Shown one piece after another: positions 1 to 13,160 of a stretch of DNA of 64,000 bases. Every line of letters starts with the position of its first letter. The first letter of the stretch is position 1. The position numbers and the translations under genes were made by a program. A model generated the notes under the pieces. That model saw only the letters and a list, made by a program, of their open reading frames with translations, had not been told where the DNA came from and did not search any database. Source of the stretch: Octopus sinensis (Eukaryota). The stretch covers positions 40,548,001-40,612,000 of the forward strand of contig NC_043003.1 in assembly GCF_006345805.1 (NCBI RefSeq). The letters run 5' to 3'.

Positions 1-2388
1 ATAATTGAAGTTTGGTTCTTTTACTCTTTTATTGGTTCCTGTTATTGAGCTTCGGCCACACTTGATACCGTAATGAACGCTGTTGCTGCTCCTGCGATCG
101 TTCCGTGCTTGGTATTTAATAAGTGAGACAGTTTAATATAGCTCAACTCATACGTGTATTCTTTGTGATGTGGCTTCGTTTAGGATAATTTAGAATATTA
201 TGTGCAAATGTTATATAACAGATATACATTGAGTGCTATATGCTTCAAGTATATCTCTTTTATTTTGCAGTATACTAGAGGACTATAGTTGATTGAATCC
301 CAGCCAAAGTTACTGGGTTATCTAGTTTTAGCTCGGAGAGGTCAGACTTTTTAGTACCCATTTCGGCTATTTGTACGTTTCCCTAAAAAGTTTAGCAGTG
401 ATTCTTCACTCCAAATTCCCTAGGGGTACACTTAATTCGCCACCCAGTTTAACACAACCATCAGGTCCATGATGACATTAATAGAGTACATTCTGTTACT
501 AGTCTTGAAATCATGACTCTGGTCTGCAGGATATATTGATTTCTTCTTGCACCCCGCTCAGATGGGTACCATATTTCTCTCTCTGTTTATGCAATGTAGT
601 GAAGTAAAATTTTCAAATTGAAATTATTTCTTATATTTTCCTGATATTCAGTCGAATAGAATCTTAAAGCTTTAAAACTCTCCCTGTAATTTAGCTGCCG
701 CCTAGAGAATTGCTTCCTGTTTAGCAGTGATATTGTGACTATGGGGAGACCATAGGTGGGAAGAAGAATCGAGAGGATTGAGAGCAAGAGTCTGCTAAAA
801 GATTGACTTGGTATTTTGTTTTCTTATTCTGAATGTTCTCAGGATTTATTCTTCAACTTGTTTGCATGCTATCGTTATCTTATAATTTCTACATCTAAAA
901 CAATATACCTTACTTATAATTCCATGTCACGCATAGATTCTTATTCTCAAACTGCAGTCCGTCCTGGCCTTGTGTTTCTAGGGTGTAATGTGTTAGCCGG
1001 TAGATAGATGCTTGAAGCTTTCAATTTCAACATTCAATTGCACGCATTTTACAACCATTCACAATATAGCATCAAAGTTTTGTTGTAAGTTCTTTATAAA
1101 TATCTAACATAATCAGGACACTTGTGAGAGTGACAATCTTACATTTATTACAAAGGATAATGAACGCAAGACAGTTCCGAGGAACGTAACTCAAAATCAG
1201 GACTATTGTGAAGAACAATAATGCAAGATATCTGATCAGAAAAAAAGAAAAAAGATTTCTGTAGTTACATGGCTTTCAAAAAGTTACAGTTTACTACAGC
1301 TACTGTAGCTGTAGCGAAATTAGATTCTGTTCTGAAAAATAAATAAGATTACAATTATCTAATTAAAATACTCATGTTTTTCCCTCTTGTTAAGAGCAAT
1401 AGTAATTCGCATGTGGGCATGAATCACCAAAGTTGGATGCAGAAAGAAAGAAAAGGATCGTGGTTTTTGAAGTTATATGTTATAGAGAGATCCGTTGCGT
1501 TCTATATACTAAACATTCAACTGGCGAAAATGTTAAGAAAGAAATATTTTTGAGAAGACTCCAAGCTACGAAATACTGTCAGTTTTTACAAGATGGAAAA
1601 CTAGTTTAGTCATGTGGCACGACACTATGGCACCTTGACTATTGCGAATGTATGACAATTATGGACAAACTGTAAACATATATATTAAAGACGTATAGCA
1701 AATTACAAAGAGCGTGGGTGATTTAGCAACATCAAGGAATGGACAGAAAGAGGGACTGGAAAGAGGGACAGAGGTGGTGACGTCTATTGATGTACACTTA
1801 TGGCTTCCTTATACTTACCAAATTATTCAAAATTCAGAACTATTGTACACTTGGATAAAAGAAAAGTAGTGTCCAATCAACTAATAAGAATCTGAAGTCG
1901 AACAAACGGTAATAAAAAGATTTCTGACAGAAACTACAACTGATGCAGCTAAATAACAAAGAAACTGAGCTTTATGGCCGGTTTATTATAATAAATTTAT
2001 CATTGTAGAAATTTATTGTTATGGAACTCTCGGTTTTCGTAGCTCATGCATACAAGAAAATGTATACATACCTTGAACTCGTGACTGTTACAATTCGTCA
2101 CATTTTGAAGGCAATGCATTTGCTGTCCAAGAACAGAAGATAACTATAGACCACCGAACGAACAAAAGAAACACTGAAGCTCTTAGGCCACCAAGACGCA
2201 AGAAAAATATCGATTATATAACATTTCTGTTGAAGATATTGCATATGTGTTCAGCAGCTACTCAAACTCTTTAACGTACAACCTTCCAATGATAAAACTG
2301 AAATAATATACAATGCCATGCTTAAGAAAGACTGCTGTTGTTACTGTTATTACTGTCATGTAGTTGTTGTACATGCCACAGTTGTAGT

Positions 2389-2930
2389 CTTCTTCTTCTT
2401 CTTCTTCTTCTTCTTCTTCTTCTTCTTCTTCTTCTTCTTCTTCTTCTTCTTCCTCCAATCAGGACTCACGCCATTATCCACAAAGAATAATCTCTAATTC
2501 GAGCCTACTCTAAGCTACTAAGAATGCGTGTGGTAACATGAAGATCCACCCGCCACACGCGATAGACTGGCGGTTGCACGGACGCGAAAGCTACGTTGTT
2601 ATCCTCATTCCGTAAACGATGGCTTTCAATGGGTGGAGAGCTGAACCATCCTGGGGTACAGAGGATTCGCAATCTAGACTAGGGTCTGAAAGTTTACCAC
2701 ACCATAATGGGTTACATCATGGTTCCTCTGCTTTGTGGCAGAAGTAGGAAGAAAGAGTGAGAGAAAGTTGTGGTGAAAGAGTACAGCGGGATTCACCCCT
2801 TCTCGTCGGTGTCTCGCGGAGCTTAGGTGTTTTTGCTCAATAAACACTCACAATGCCCAGTCTGGGAATCGAAACCGCGTTCTTACGACCGCGAGTCTGC
2901 TGCCTTAACCACTGGGCCATTGCGCCTCCA
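2389..2930 (-). mobile_element. tRNA-derived SINE head A fused to a LINE-like 3' tail (tail E) ending in (GAA)n
   Basis: Minus strand starts TGGAGGCGCAATGGCCCAGTGG (A box) ... GTTTCGATTCC (B box). The last ~290 bp match 16676-16967. (CTT)n at 2389-2452 is the tail. Confidence 0.85.
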
Positions 2931-3254
2931 CAGTCGTTGCTGTTTCAGTTGTTGCTGTGGTTGTTATTAGCTTTTGTTACGTTGCAACCGGTTTTTTGTT
3001 GTATTTGTTATTGCTGGCGATGTGTACGTTGTTGCTGATTTTATTCTTATTTTACCACCAAATCAACGATGAATGACCTGGCCTATGATCAAATTGTATT
3101 TAAACCGTGACCCTTTTAAAGCCTTTTCCATGTGTTCAGGGATCACAGCACTATCTTGCATAATTGTTTCTTTTTTCTGAAAGATGGCGCATAATTTGAG
3201 GCGAATTTAGTTATCATTTCTTGTAGATTAAGTGACCGCATAGGAGCACTCTTG

Positions 3255-4110
3255 TTTGTCGCTGTAGGAGTATTAGTGATAGATATGGTGGTCGTTGTTG
3301 CTTTATAGTTTATAAACGTTAGTTATTGTGTATGTATAGCGTGGTAGTTTTTGTATGATGTGGTTGTAGTGGTAGTAATGTTGGTAGCTTGCGGTTGTTG
3401 TAGTAGTGGTAGTGACAGTAGTATTGACAGTTACAGTATTGTGGTGACGGTGGTAGTTGCGGCAGTTGTGTCAGTAGAGGTGGTTGTTGGGGTTCTGCTG
3501 GTGGTAGTAATGTCAACTAGTCATGTGGCGGTAGCTTTGGCAGTGAGAGTAGTAGTAGTAGTAGTGGTGGTGTTGTTGTTGTTGGTGGTGGTGATAGTGA
3601 AGGTAGAAATAGTTATAGCAGTAGTGGTGGTGGTGGTGGTGGTGGTGTTGGTAGTAGTAGTAGTAGCAATATTATGATAGTATTGTAATGAGCGCATTGA
3701 TAGTGGTAGATACAGCAGTAGATGGTGTAGAAATGAAGATAAGTGTGGTGATAGTACAATTTAATGACGTTTGCTAGTAGTAACACTGACAGTTGTGGCA
3801 TTGGTGGTGATGGCTATGGTAGTACCGGTGGTGGCTTTGGTTGATGTTGTGGTGGTTGTGGTGGTTATGGTGGTGGTGGTGGTGGTGGTGGTGTCGGTGA
3901 CTGTGGCAACACTAGTCGGGATGGTAAAAATGGCAAAAGTAGTAATGGTTACTGAGGGCCGAAACTGCATTTGCAATATTGATGATAGTAGTTGTGGTTG
4001 TGATGGTTGAGGTTATTGTAGTGTGATGATGCTGTTGTGATGATGTTCAGAGTGAAAATAGTAATGTTGGTGGTGATGCAGCGATGTAAAGATACAGTGA
4101 TTGTAATAGT
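3255..4110. repeat. Degenerate (GTG/GTA/GTT) triplet low-complexity tract
   Basis: Visible triplet periodicity; the Val/Thr-rich ORFs here are repeat translations. Confidence 0.9.
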
Positions 4111-4116
4111 GAAATC

Positions 4117-4356
4117 GGAGGCGCGTGGCTTAGTGGTGTTAGACTTATGAATGTAAGATTGTGGTTTCCATTCCTGGACCAGGCAATGGATTGTGTTCTT
4201 GAGCAAAACTCTTCATTTCACGTTGCTCCAGTCTACTCAGCTGGCAAAAATGAGTAATCCTTCAACGGATTGGCGTCCCGTCCAGTTGGGGAATTTATAC
4301 GTCAAGAAAACCGGGAAACCGGTACTTATGCGTCGGTATCACTCGAGAAGGTTTAA
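4117..4356 (+). mobile_element. tRNA-derived SINE head B with CORE-like domain
   Basis: GGAGGCGCGTGGCTTAGTGG A box, degenerate B box, then TGTGTTCTTGAGCAAAACTCTTCATTTCACGTTGCTCCAGTCTACTCAGCTGGCAAAAATGAGTA. Sister copy at 48103-48353. The CORE assignment is by resemblance. Confidence 0.8.
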
Positions 4357-4599
4357 ATAGTGAAATTATAATTGTGGGTGGTAGTAGTAATATGTAGTAG
4401 CAGAAATAGTTATTGTCAATTTGCCTGTCTGCCAATCTCTTGTATTCTGCTGAGATCTATACCAGTGGTTCTCTACCAGGTTCCATATAAAGTTTTGGGG
4501 GTTCACATAAGGGTCCATATAAGGTATTTTTTTAGGAGTCCAGGCAACAAAATAGTAAATTGAGGAGGCACAATGATATGTATGTATTGCAACATATTG

Positions 4600-4980
4600 C
4601 AAGAATGAGCTAGGTTTCATTCTCTGACATTTTACATAGTCCAGCCTACACAAGTTAATGTGAGAAAACCAAAATAGAAATTTTGAAAGACAGTTCTACC
4701 ACACTCTCCGGATTGAGCAGGTGTACCGTAGACTCTACACCCCTATCCAATCAGCTTTATTATGACTTTACGGTCAACGGGGACATAACTTTAAATCTCC
4801 CCTTTTGTCCTCTTTCTTTTTCTTTTCGTTTTCCAAAGTTTTCAACCTTCCACTTTTTACATATTCTTCCTTCTCGCCTTTTCTCGTATTTTCTCTTATG
4901 CGATCGTTCTGTTTTGAATTGTTATGCAATGCGGGTATAACCTGAGGATTGTGTGAAGGTACCAGACGTGTTATAAAATG
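4600..4980 (+). mobile_element. Decayed Penelope-like element 3' end (GIY-YIG C-terminus)
   Basis: Frameshifted translation HFT..IEILKDSSTTL/RIEQVYRRL/TLHPY resembles the PLE motif R..E..WI..L.TL.P.GLN. A decayed hammerhead-like core follows (TATAAC CTGAGGA ... ACGT GTTATA, ~4935-4975). Confidence 0.4.
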
Positions 4981-5125
4981 CTATCTGTATCGTTTTCATC
5001 GCATGAAACTATTCTTAGCTCATAAAAATATTTACCGTGTTTATTAATCAATTTTTATCTCTTACCAGGGGGAGCCCCTTTGTGCTAATCTTGCCTTCAC
5101 GGAACAGTATACTATATATTTATAT

Positions 5126-5715
5126 ATTCTTTATCGAAGTAACGTCAAAAAACTAGAGCGATTTCACCAACAGAAGCTCCGCTCTATTATGAATATGAAA
5201 CGGAACGACTATGACCAGTGTCTCCGTTTTGGAGAGAACGAAACGCAGCAGCACCGAGGATACCATCCTGAAACATCGTCCGGGATGGGCGGGCCATGTA
5301 GCAATAATGAAAGAAACCAGACTGCCACGTCAAATTTTATATGGTGAACTTTCCACTGGAAGAAGACTCCGTGGACGTTCCCTCCGTCGATACAAGGATC
5401 ATTTGAAGCAAAACCTAAAACTTACTGGAATCGATCTCAAAGCCTGGGACAGGTCCGGCTGGCATGATTTCATCTCTGCTGTGACAGATCATTTTGAAGC
5501 TGAACGACAGAGGCAAGAGGAAGAGAAACGTCAAGAAAGAAAGTGGAGGCTGTAACAACCAAAGCCTGCAGTACGGATCTCTTCTGAAGTTTGCAACAGA
5601 AGCTTCCATGCAAGAATCGACCTCATTAGTCGAGGCATAAGCACAGACAGAGGGGAAGAAGTGGTCAAGAAGAAACTAAATAAATTATCGGTCACACGAT
5701 TAGACGTCGTCGACG
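5126..5715 (+). mobile_element. 5'-truncated RTE-clade LINE, ORF C-terminal region
   Basis: ILYRSNVKKLERFHQQKLRSIM..TSVSVLERT..WAGHVAIMKETRLPRQILYGELSTGRRLRGRSLRRYKDHLK is the typical RTE/BovB C-terminus. A decayed C2H2-like motif (C.R.FHARI.L.S) follows; frameshifts are present. Confidence 0.9.
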
Positions 5716-5776
5716 ACGACGATTACCACACACACACACACACACACACACATATAAGTATATATATATATATATA

Positions 5777-5819
<43 letters not shown>

Positions 5820-6674
5820 CACACACATACAACACACACACATATATGCATACTATACCGAAAGTTCCAGTTGGTGGTGCTACACGGGGTGACGAATTAA
5901 ATCTATTAATCAAATAGGCCATAGCCGGATTTGATCTCAATTAGCAAAGAACCGGATGATACACCACAAGAGGACCGGTTGAATGTTATCGTAAATCAGG
6001 TCATCTATATCCTGGGATTCATACTTCCGTTAATCAACTCCGAAAACGATGAAACTTTAAGCTAAATTATCTAGTAGATAGAGGTACATGAATCTAACAC
6101 CCCAGTCTAAATTTAGTCCGCTAAGAAAGTTATTTAATCGCTAAGTGTGGGCGACCGATTCAACAGGTAGTCGTTGCTATACTTAGAAATACAGATTTAA
6201 ACACATTCATATGCACATATACATACTTTATTCGTATTCGTGTTTCCGTATTTTGTATTTGTGTATCCATGTGTGCATGTGTATGTATCTCAGTGTGTGT
6301 ATATGCTTTCGTAATTGTCAGTGTGTGTCAGGGGTACCTCATCATATTCATTATTTCGTTGCAACACATCAAAGTATTTCACGAATTTCAAAACGTAATT
6401 TTATCCAAAATGCGCTACTACTATCTGTAAAAGATTTAGATAATTAATAAATTAATTAATTAGCTTTTCATTTATGTCAAATAAATTTCATGCACTCAAA
6501 AGTATCTTTACAAGTACTACATGTAATCTAATTAATAGCTCAGCAATTTTATTATTAATTAAAAATTTTCACTTTAGTAGACACCATTCTGTTCTAAAGA
6601 GAGGAAAAAGAAAAGGTGCCTTGCTTACGGATGCTTGTGTCGAATTCACCACATGAAGTTTCTTCCTAAAGGCC

Positions 6675-6720
6675 ATGTATATATATATATATATATATAG
6701 ATATATATATTATATATATA

Positions 6721-6781
<61 letters not shown>

Positions 6782-7100
6782 GTATGTACGTATGTATGTA
6801 TGTATTTATGTATGTATGTATGTATGTTTGTATGTATGTATATATATGTATGTATGTATATATATATATATATATCGAGAGAGAGAGAGAGGAGGGGAAG
6901 ATAAAGAGAAACGTGTATGGGTAAAGATATACATATATACATATACACAATATATTCGAACACATATATATAGATACTATATACGTATACCTACCTACCT
7001 ACCTACCTACCTACATAATATGTGCATACATACATAGACATATGCACAAACATACACATATATATGTACTACTACTACTACTACTACTACTACACTACTA
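6675..7100. repeat. Compound microsatellite (TA)n(TATG)n(GA)n(TACC)n(TAC)n
   Basis: Directly visible. Confidence 0.95.
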
Positions 7101-7102
7101 CG

Positions 7103-7418
7103 GGTGTTAGAACATCTACATTGCTACATTGTTAGAAAAAAGAACCAAAATGCTCTAATGCTATAGCTAAAGCACACAGTTGTATACATATATGTTAACA
7201 AGGACTATAATCACCCCCCAAAAACCCACTGAGAGGAGAGGTCCTTACTGATGACGCTACGGAAATAGCCGAAACTGATCGGTCAGTAAAAGTAATTGAC
7301 CAATGGCGTTTTGGGTGATTACAGTCCCTGTTAGCGTATACGTATACAATTATGCGCTTGAACAACAGCATTAGAGCATTTTAGCTCTTATTTCTAGCAA
7401 TTTAGGTGTTCTAACGCC
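7103..7418. repeat. Imperfect fold-back, ~115-bp arms (7103-7223 / 7309-7418)
   Basis: For example AAAATGCTCTAATGCT vs AGCATTAGAGCATTTT, and GGACTATAATCACCC vs GGGTGATTACAGTCC. Confidence 0.85.
7241..7292 (+). ncRNA. Type-I hammerhead ribozyme motif, slightly degenerate
   Basis: CTGATGA (7248-7254); stem II GCTA-CGGAAA-TAGC; GAAA (7271-7274); 5-bp stem III ACTGA-TCGG-TCAGT; GUA site (cut after 7288). The 10.1-11.1 pair is C-C and the first stem I pair is A-A. Confidence 0.6.
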
Positions 7419-7786
7419 TTAAGTCTCGCATTTAGTGACAATTATTATAGTTTTCCTTTTTGGTAACACATTGCACATGGCTATTTTAGTTGCCCGCTTT
7501 CAGTTCAATTTTCCTGAACAAATGGATTATAAGTGGATAAATCAGTGTATTGGCTTTAGAATAACCTTCTTTAGCCCTTAATTATAAGATGTTTATACTT
7601 CAACCGTATAGGTTTTTTTTAATATACTGCCACGCTTTTTGATGGAATCCTTTTCTGTTGAGAAAGGGACTTCATCCTATATTGTTAGTAGTTAACTCAC
7701 TGCTTGTTACAAGGTAACCATTACAATATGTAGCGGCGATAGGTCAACACATTGTTCTGAGACTGACCAAGGAATTTTTATTTTTA

Positions 7787-7837
<51 letters not shown>

Positions 7838-8414
7838 ATATATATATATATATATATATAAACATATATATATATACAAACATGCATACATACATATATG
7901 TAATATGATTTTGTATATATATAATTGTAAACGAAGAGGAAAGTTGAGATTTATTCACATCCAGAACTTTTACTAAAGAAGTTCTCTACAGCATATATAA
8001 CAATGGCCGACATATATTTCAGTTACAGCCACTACACATTTCTCAGTATGCAATTATGCATCCTATTCGCTGAAATTTCATCAAGGGTCCATCACTTACG
8101 ACGTTTTCCCGTTTTCAAAGTGAACTTATTCAGCTAATTCAAACAAGCTTCCTGCGTTCGTTTTCAGTTGAAGGTTATATCGTTACTTTTTAAATCAAAT
8201 TGAATTCTGGTTTTATAATCACCTCTACTTTTATTACGATTGAATCGTGGTTTATAAAATGTTCATTCATATTACAATCAATTGTAGCAGTTTTGTTTAC
8301 ATTTTACTGTATGGAGTACATTATTTATTGAGACGTTATTCACTTATGTTTGGGTTTATTCCCTCAATTACTACTATTATTGTTATTATTACTCAAATTA
8401 TTTTAGTATTAATA

Positions 8415-8528
8415 GTTATCGCCAAGCTAATATGGCAGTCCAGAAATATTGGACGAATGCTGCCGTTAATTAGCTCCAAGAGGCCATCGCCTCTAGCTCT
8501 GTGACACATGAACCTGTGTACGTTATAA

Positions 8529-8593
<65 letters not shown>

Positions 8594-8725
8594 ATGTGTA
8601 CACACATATACACAATAGGTTCCCTCCCATTTTCGTCTGCCAAATTCTGTCACCAAAATGTAGCGGCACGTAACTGAACTCGAAACCACTTGGTTACAAA
8701 ACAAATTTCTAAACCACATGCGCGC
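8415..8725 (-). mobile_element. Old, degenerate SINE family C copy
   Basis: Head-like and 3'-half-like segments flank an internal (TA)n(TG)n tract, as in 22493-22910. Confidence 0.4.
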
Positions 8726-8842
8726 GCATACACACACACACACAAACGCACACACGCACATACGCACACGCACATGCGCACACGCACACAAGCATACACA
8801 CACAAACATACACATACGCACACACACACACACAAAAACACA

Positions 8843-8888
<46 letters not shown>

Positions 8889-10380
8889 AGTTGTTTTGCC
8901 TTTTTATAAAGAGATTTTGAAAAAATTTACCTGCATAGAATTTTTTCTTTCAAAACTAACTTGCATCTTAATTCTAAATGAAAAACTGTGTTTTGAGTAA
9001 GGCTTCCTTACATTTAAGATAAAAATCTATCCTTTTACCAACTTTTAAACATGCTTCTAAGCTTCCATTATCTTGTTACAAGCCTTCAAATGGATAATAT
9101 CATAAAGAGTTAGAAATTATTGGAAAATTTTGGATCTCGCTGTAACTGTTATAACTCTTGCATTCCTTTCTAGAAAATACCCTTTTTTAATCCATTATTT
9201 TCCTTGGAACTCACAAGTTCTTTTCCTTGAAGATTTCATACATTTAAATATATAATTTTAAATCAGAGTTCGCATATTCTTTTAATAGATATCTTTATCC
9301 AAATAGATGCTTTTCTCTAGAGATTTCTTGTGATTTTTTTTCAATTTCAATATATGCATATAGAAAAGATCCGTCCCAACCCCTCCTTCAATATCTGCTC
9401 CAAACGAATTGTAAGTACTGAACATATAATGGGTTCTTTTAATATCCAATCAAAACTTGTTATGATACTCAAATATTTTCTACGTGTTTTATTATATAAG
9501 GTTTCCCTTGTTCCATTGATCAAAATCGTATTTATAAGAAGATTGAAAATTGCAGATCAACCGGAAATTATGCAGATAATAAATTCTGATTTAGACCACA
9601 GAAAATCTCACGTCATATAAAACAGAACGATTTAAAATGAATATTTCCGGTCTGGTAAAATAATCAGATTCCAGAAAGTCTACAAAATCTTCCATAACTC
9701 TTTATAAAGAAACTAAGTATCTTTACGTAATTCTGAGAATAAACGTTTTTATGTCTGATTTAGACAAAAAACAACAACAAAAAAAAAAACAAAAAACAAA
9801 CAAAACAAACAAACAAATATCTTCGCAGCCTTGACAAAAATATATATAACAAGCTATTATTCAATAACGTCATTAATATATATAAAAAGTGAAACGCCGA
9901 CCACACAAAAGTACGCACCTCTGAAAGTACACATCTCTATAAATCGAATGCTATAGAAATTGTCATTGCTCTTTATATAGATGAAAGAATTGAATGCTTA
10001 AGTTCGATTACCGTCTGGTTCACTTATGGACCTCAAACTGAACTTTTCTTGCACCATCAAATATAATCTAGCCTAGCTAGCAAGGAAAATATTCTGGAGG
10101 CATTTTTTTCTGAGAAGGCAAAAAAATGTGATATCATTATAGGAATAAGATTACAATTATTTTTTCAAATTATGGGTATGGTTTCGAAACGGGATAAATA
10201 TCATTTGTAAAATTTATTTATTCATCCTTATGATTGCTTCTGTTGCTACTCAGAGCTTCTTGCTATGCGTGTTTGTTTAGATGACAAATATATATATATA
10301 ACAATAAGTGAAATGCTTACATCCGACCAGAAAACACAGAGCACAAAGCAGAAGGTATTTGAATTTAGTAAAAGACTGGT

Positions 10381-10575
10381 TAGAATTGGTTAGAACCGTT
10401 AGATAGTGTTAGGAAATGTTATGCGGAGTCTCTTTTGGTCTCTAAGTTCTAAGCTCAAATCCCGTCGTGTTCCATAGATGCAGGGTCAATAAAAGAAAGT
10501 AACAGACAAGAACTTGGGACGATGCAATCGACTAACCACAACACTTAAAATGCTAGAATTTGTGTCTAATTAAAA
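10381..10575 (+). mobile_element. Degenerate SINE B2 copy
   Basis: CTCAAATCCCGTCG..GGGTCAATAAA..GATGCAATCGACTA aligns to 38455-38684. Confidence 0.5.
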
Positions 10576-10999
10576 AAAAAACATCTATTCGATTTTCATT
10601 GCTAGCTTTGGTACAATGATAATCCACATATCACAGGATAGGGTCACGCTGCAGTGTGGGCCAGCGAACTTCTGACAGTGCATAGAAAAAAAAGTTTCGT
10701 CTCTTGAAATGCTAAAATTACTTATCATTCGTACGGAATTAAGGTATTAATACTAACGGCGAATTGGCAGTGTTGTAATACAGTATAATTGTAACTTTAG
10801 TTCTATATCATGATGACGGAAGATAATTGTGACTGTTTATACAGTAGAGCTGGAGGTGTTTTTTTTTCTTAGTAAGTGTGTCTAAAATATTTACAAGAAT
10901 GGTAATTACGGAATTGTTTCGAAAAAAACCCCAAAAAACTAGAATATGTGGAGCGATCACATCATCTAATTTACTCCGGTCTTCGTTATAGGCTGTGTT

Positions 11000-11530
11000 T
11001 TGCTTCCAGGTTAACTTGTAATATATTTTCTTTGATAAAAACAAACAAATAATTTTTCCAACACCCATGACTATCGTAAGCTGCTCAATAAGAATAAGAC
11101 TTATCAAGAATTGTTTGGAAAGTATTGCATTCCAAATATTCCAGTAGAACAATAAAACTAGTCATACCCATTTTCAGTCGTCAAAATGTAGCTTCAGCTA
11201 CATTAGACCATACCCATTTAATGGTAAAAGTCTTTAAAAAAGGCACTGTTGTTTAGTGCAAATAGAGTTATAAGATGGCATCGAAAAAAGGCATTAAAAG
11301 CAAATAACGAACGCATTTAAAACCAAGTACAGACAGTACATTGAGTTTTCTCACAGAAAGACGGAATAAACACCACGTCCTTATCTCAATACACGTGGAA
11401 ATTTAAAGAAAGTAGAATCGGTAACATTCGTATACGCTGAAGTATTGCTAAGTTTGAAAACCATATTCCAATGAATAAAATGGATGATTCTAATTTTTGG
11501 CTGAGGAATTGAACAGTTCGATGCCGTCTT
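11000..11530 (+). mobile_element. Decayed Penelope-like element GIY-YIG region
   Basis: Broken translation HDYRKLLNKN..YCIPNI / YPFNGKSL..TVV / TNAFKTKYRQY.EFSHR..TTSLSQYTWKFKES resembles the PLE consensus CPL.GKCL..VVY..FK.RY..H..SF..T.LS..IW.LK. Confidence 0.55.
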
Positions 11531-12269
11531 TTAAGGTCTTTTTTTTAAAAGTAGAAATTCTGTTTGAAAGCACAGTGGTTTGTCATCATTTAGTTAGAGC
11601 AGGAAGGGTAGTGCCAAATATCCTTTTGGAGGCCACTTAAGCTGGTAGGAAAAAGCAATTGCTCTCAGATCAGAGGTTTGGCCCGAATGTGGAATCGAAG
11701 GATCAAATAATAAATTTGACCGCCCAAAATCAGAAACGGCCCTTTCAACCGTATCTTTCTACAGTGTTTTACTCACAGGGTTTCGATCTGTCTAAGCTTA
11801 TGCTAGAATAAGTATTCACTCAGGACTCCGCACAAAAGGAATAAATTTGGGACTACATAGTTGCGAAGCGAAATGCTTATCTACACGGTGATGTTTCAAT
11901 AAATGTTCACCAAAAAGGAAACCGAGTAACCATCTCTCCCAGCACCCGAATAGACCATGGCCACTTGTATGCTACAAAATGAAAATAGCTGTCACCTCCA
12001 TCTGTATAGTAATACTTGCTACTACATCGTATAAGTCATCATCTGTTACCATTATCCCACATAGTAGTGATTGACTATTTCTACAAATAACCCACCCACT
12101 TGCCCTCCCCCCGCCTAACTCCCAACGCTCTGAACATTATCACCTGACCAAAGCCGATCAATGAAAATTGAATAATACGGCGTGTTCCGTGTTCCGCCTT
12201 CTTGAACACATCTTTTTGTCGCTTGAAAACTCTGAATAGACAGCATGAATCATCAGCTTCAAATGAATA

Positions 12270-13068
12270 CGTACATACATACATACATACATACATACAT
12301 ACATACTACATACATACATACATACATACATACATGCATACATACATGCGTACACACATACATACATACATACATATATACATCCATATATACATACATA
12401 CATACATATACATACATACATTCATACAACATGCATACATACATACGTACATACATACGAACATACGTACATACATAATTACATACAAGTATATATTCTT
12501 ACTTATGTTTATATATGTGTCTGTATTTGTGTGATTATACTTATTCATAAGTGTGTGTGTGTTTGTGTTTGTGGGTGTGATCACGTGCGAGTGTGTTTGT
12601 TTAATCTTCTGCGTCACTCTCCCTTAGTATGTATGTTTGTATGCATGTATATATACATACATACATACATACATACATACATACATACATACATACATAC
12701 AATACATACATACATACATACATACATACATACATACATACATGCATACATACATGCGTACACACATACATACATACATACATATATACATCCATATATA
12801 CATACATATATACATACATACATTCATACAAACATGCATACATACATACATACGTACATACATACGAACATACGTACATACATAATTACATACAAGTATA
12901 TATTCTTACTTATGTTTATATATGTGTCTGTATTTGTGTGATTATACTTATTCATAAGTGTGTGTGTGTTTGTGTTTGTGGGTGTGATCACGTGCGAGTG
13001 TGTTTGTTTAATCTTCTGCGTCACTCTCCCTTAGTATGTATGTTTGTATGCATGTATATATACATACA

Positions 13069-13090
<22 letters not shown>
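12270..13090. repeat. 407-bp near-identical tandem duplication embedded in (TACA)n
   Basis: Unique segments recur at offset 407 (ATAATTACATACAAG 12475/12882; GCGTCACTCTCCC 12611/13018). Confidence 0.9.

Positions 13091-13160
<70 letters not shown>

Noticed and set aside
1-1000. Possible decayed LINE or PLE coding remnant on the minus strand
   Set aside because: Only scattered 3-4 residue resemblances amid many stops; not assignable.
9000-9720. Non-repetitive stretch that looks like a decayed ORF on the minus strand (YKYDFDQWNKGNL..FGADIEGG)
   Set aside because: No recognised motif and multiple stops; a BLASTX would be needed.
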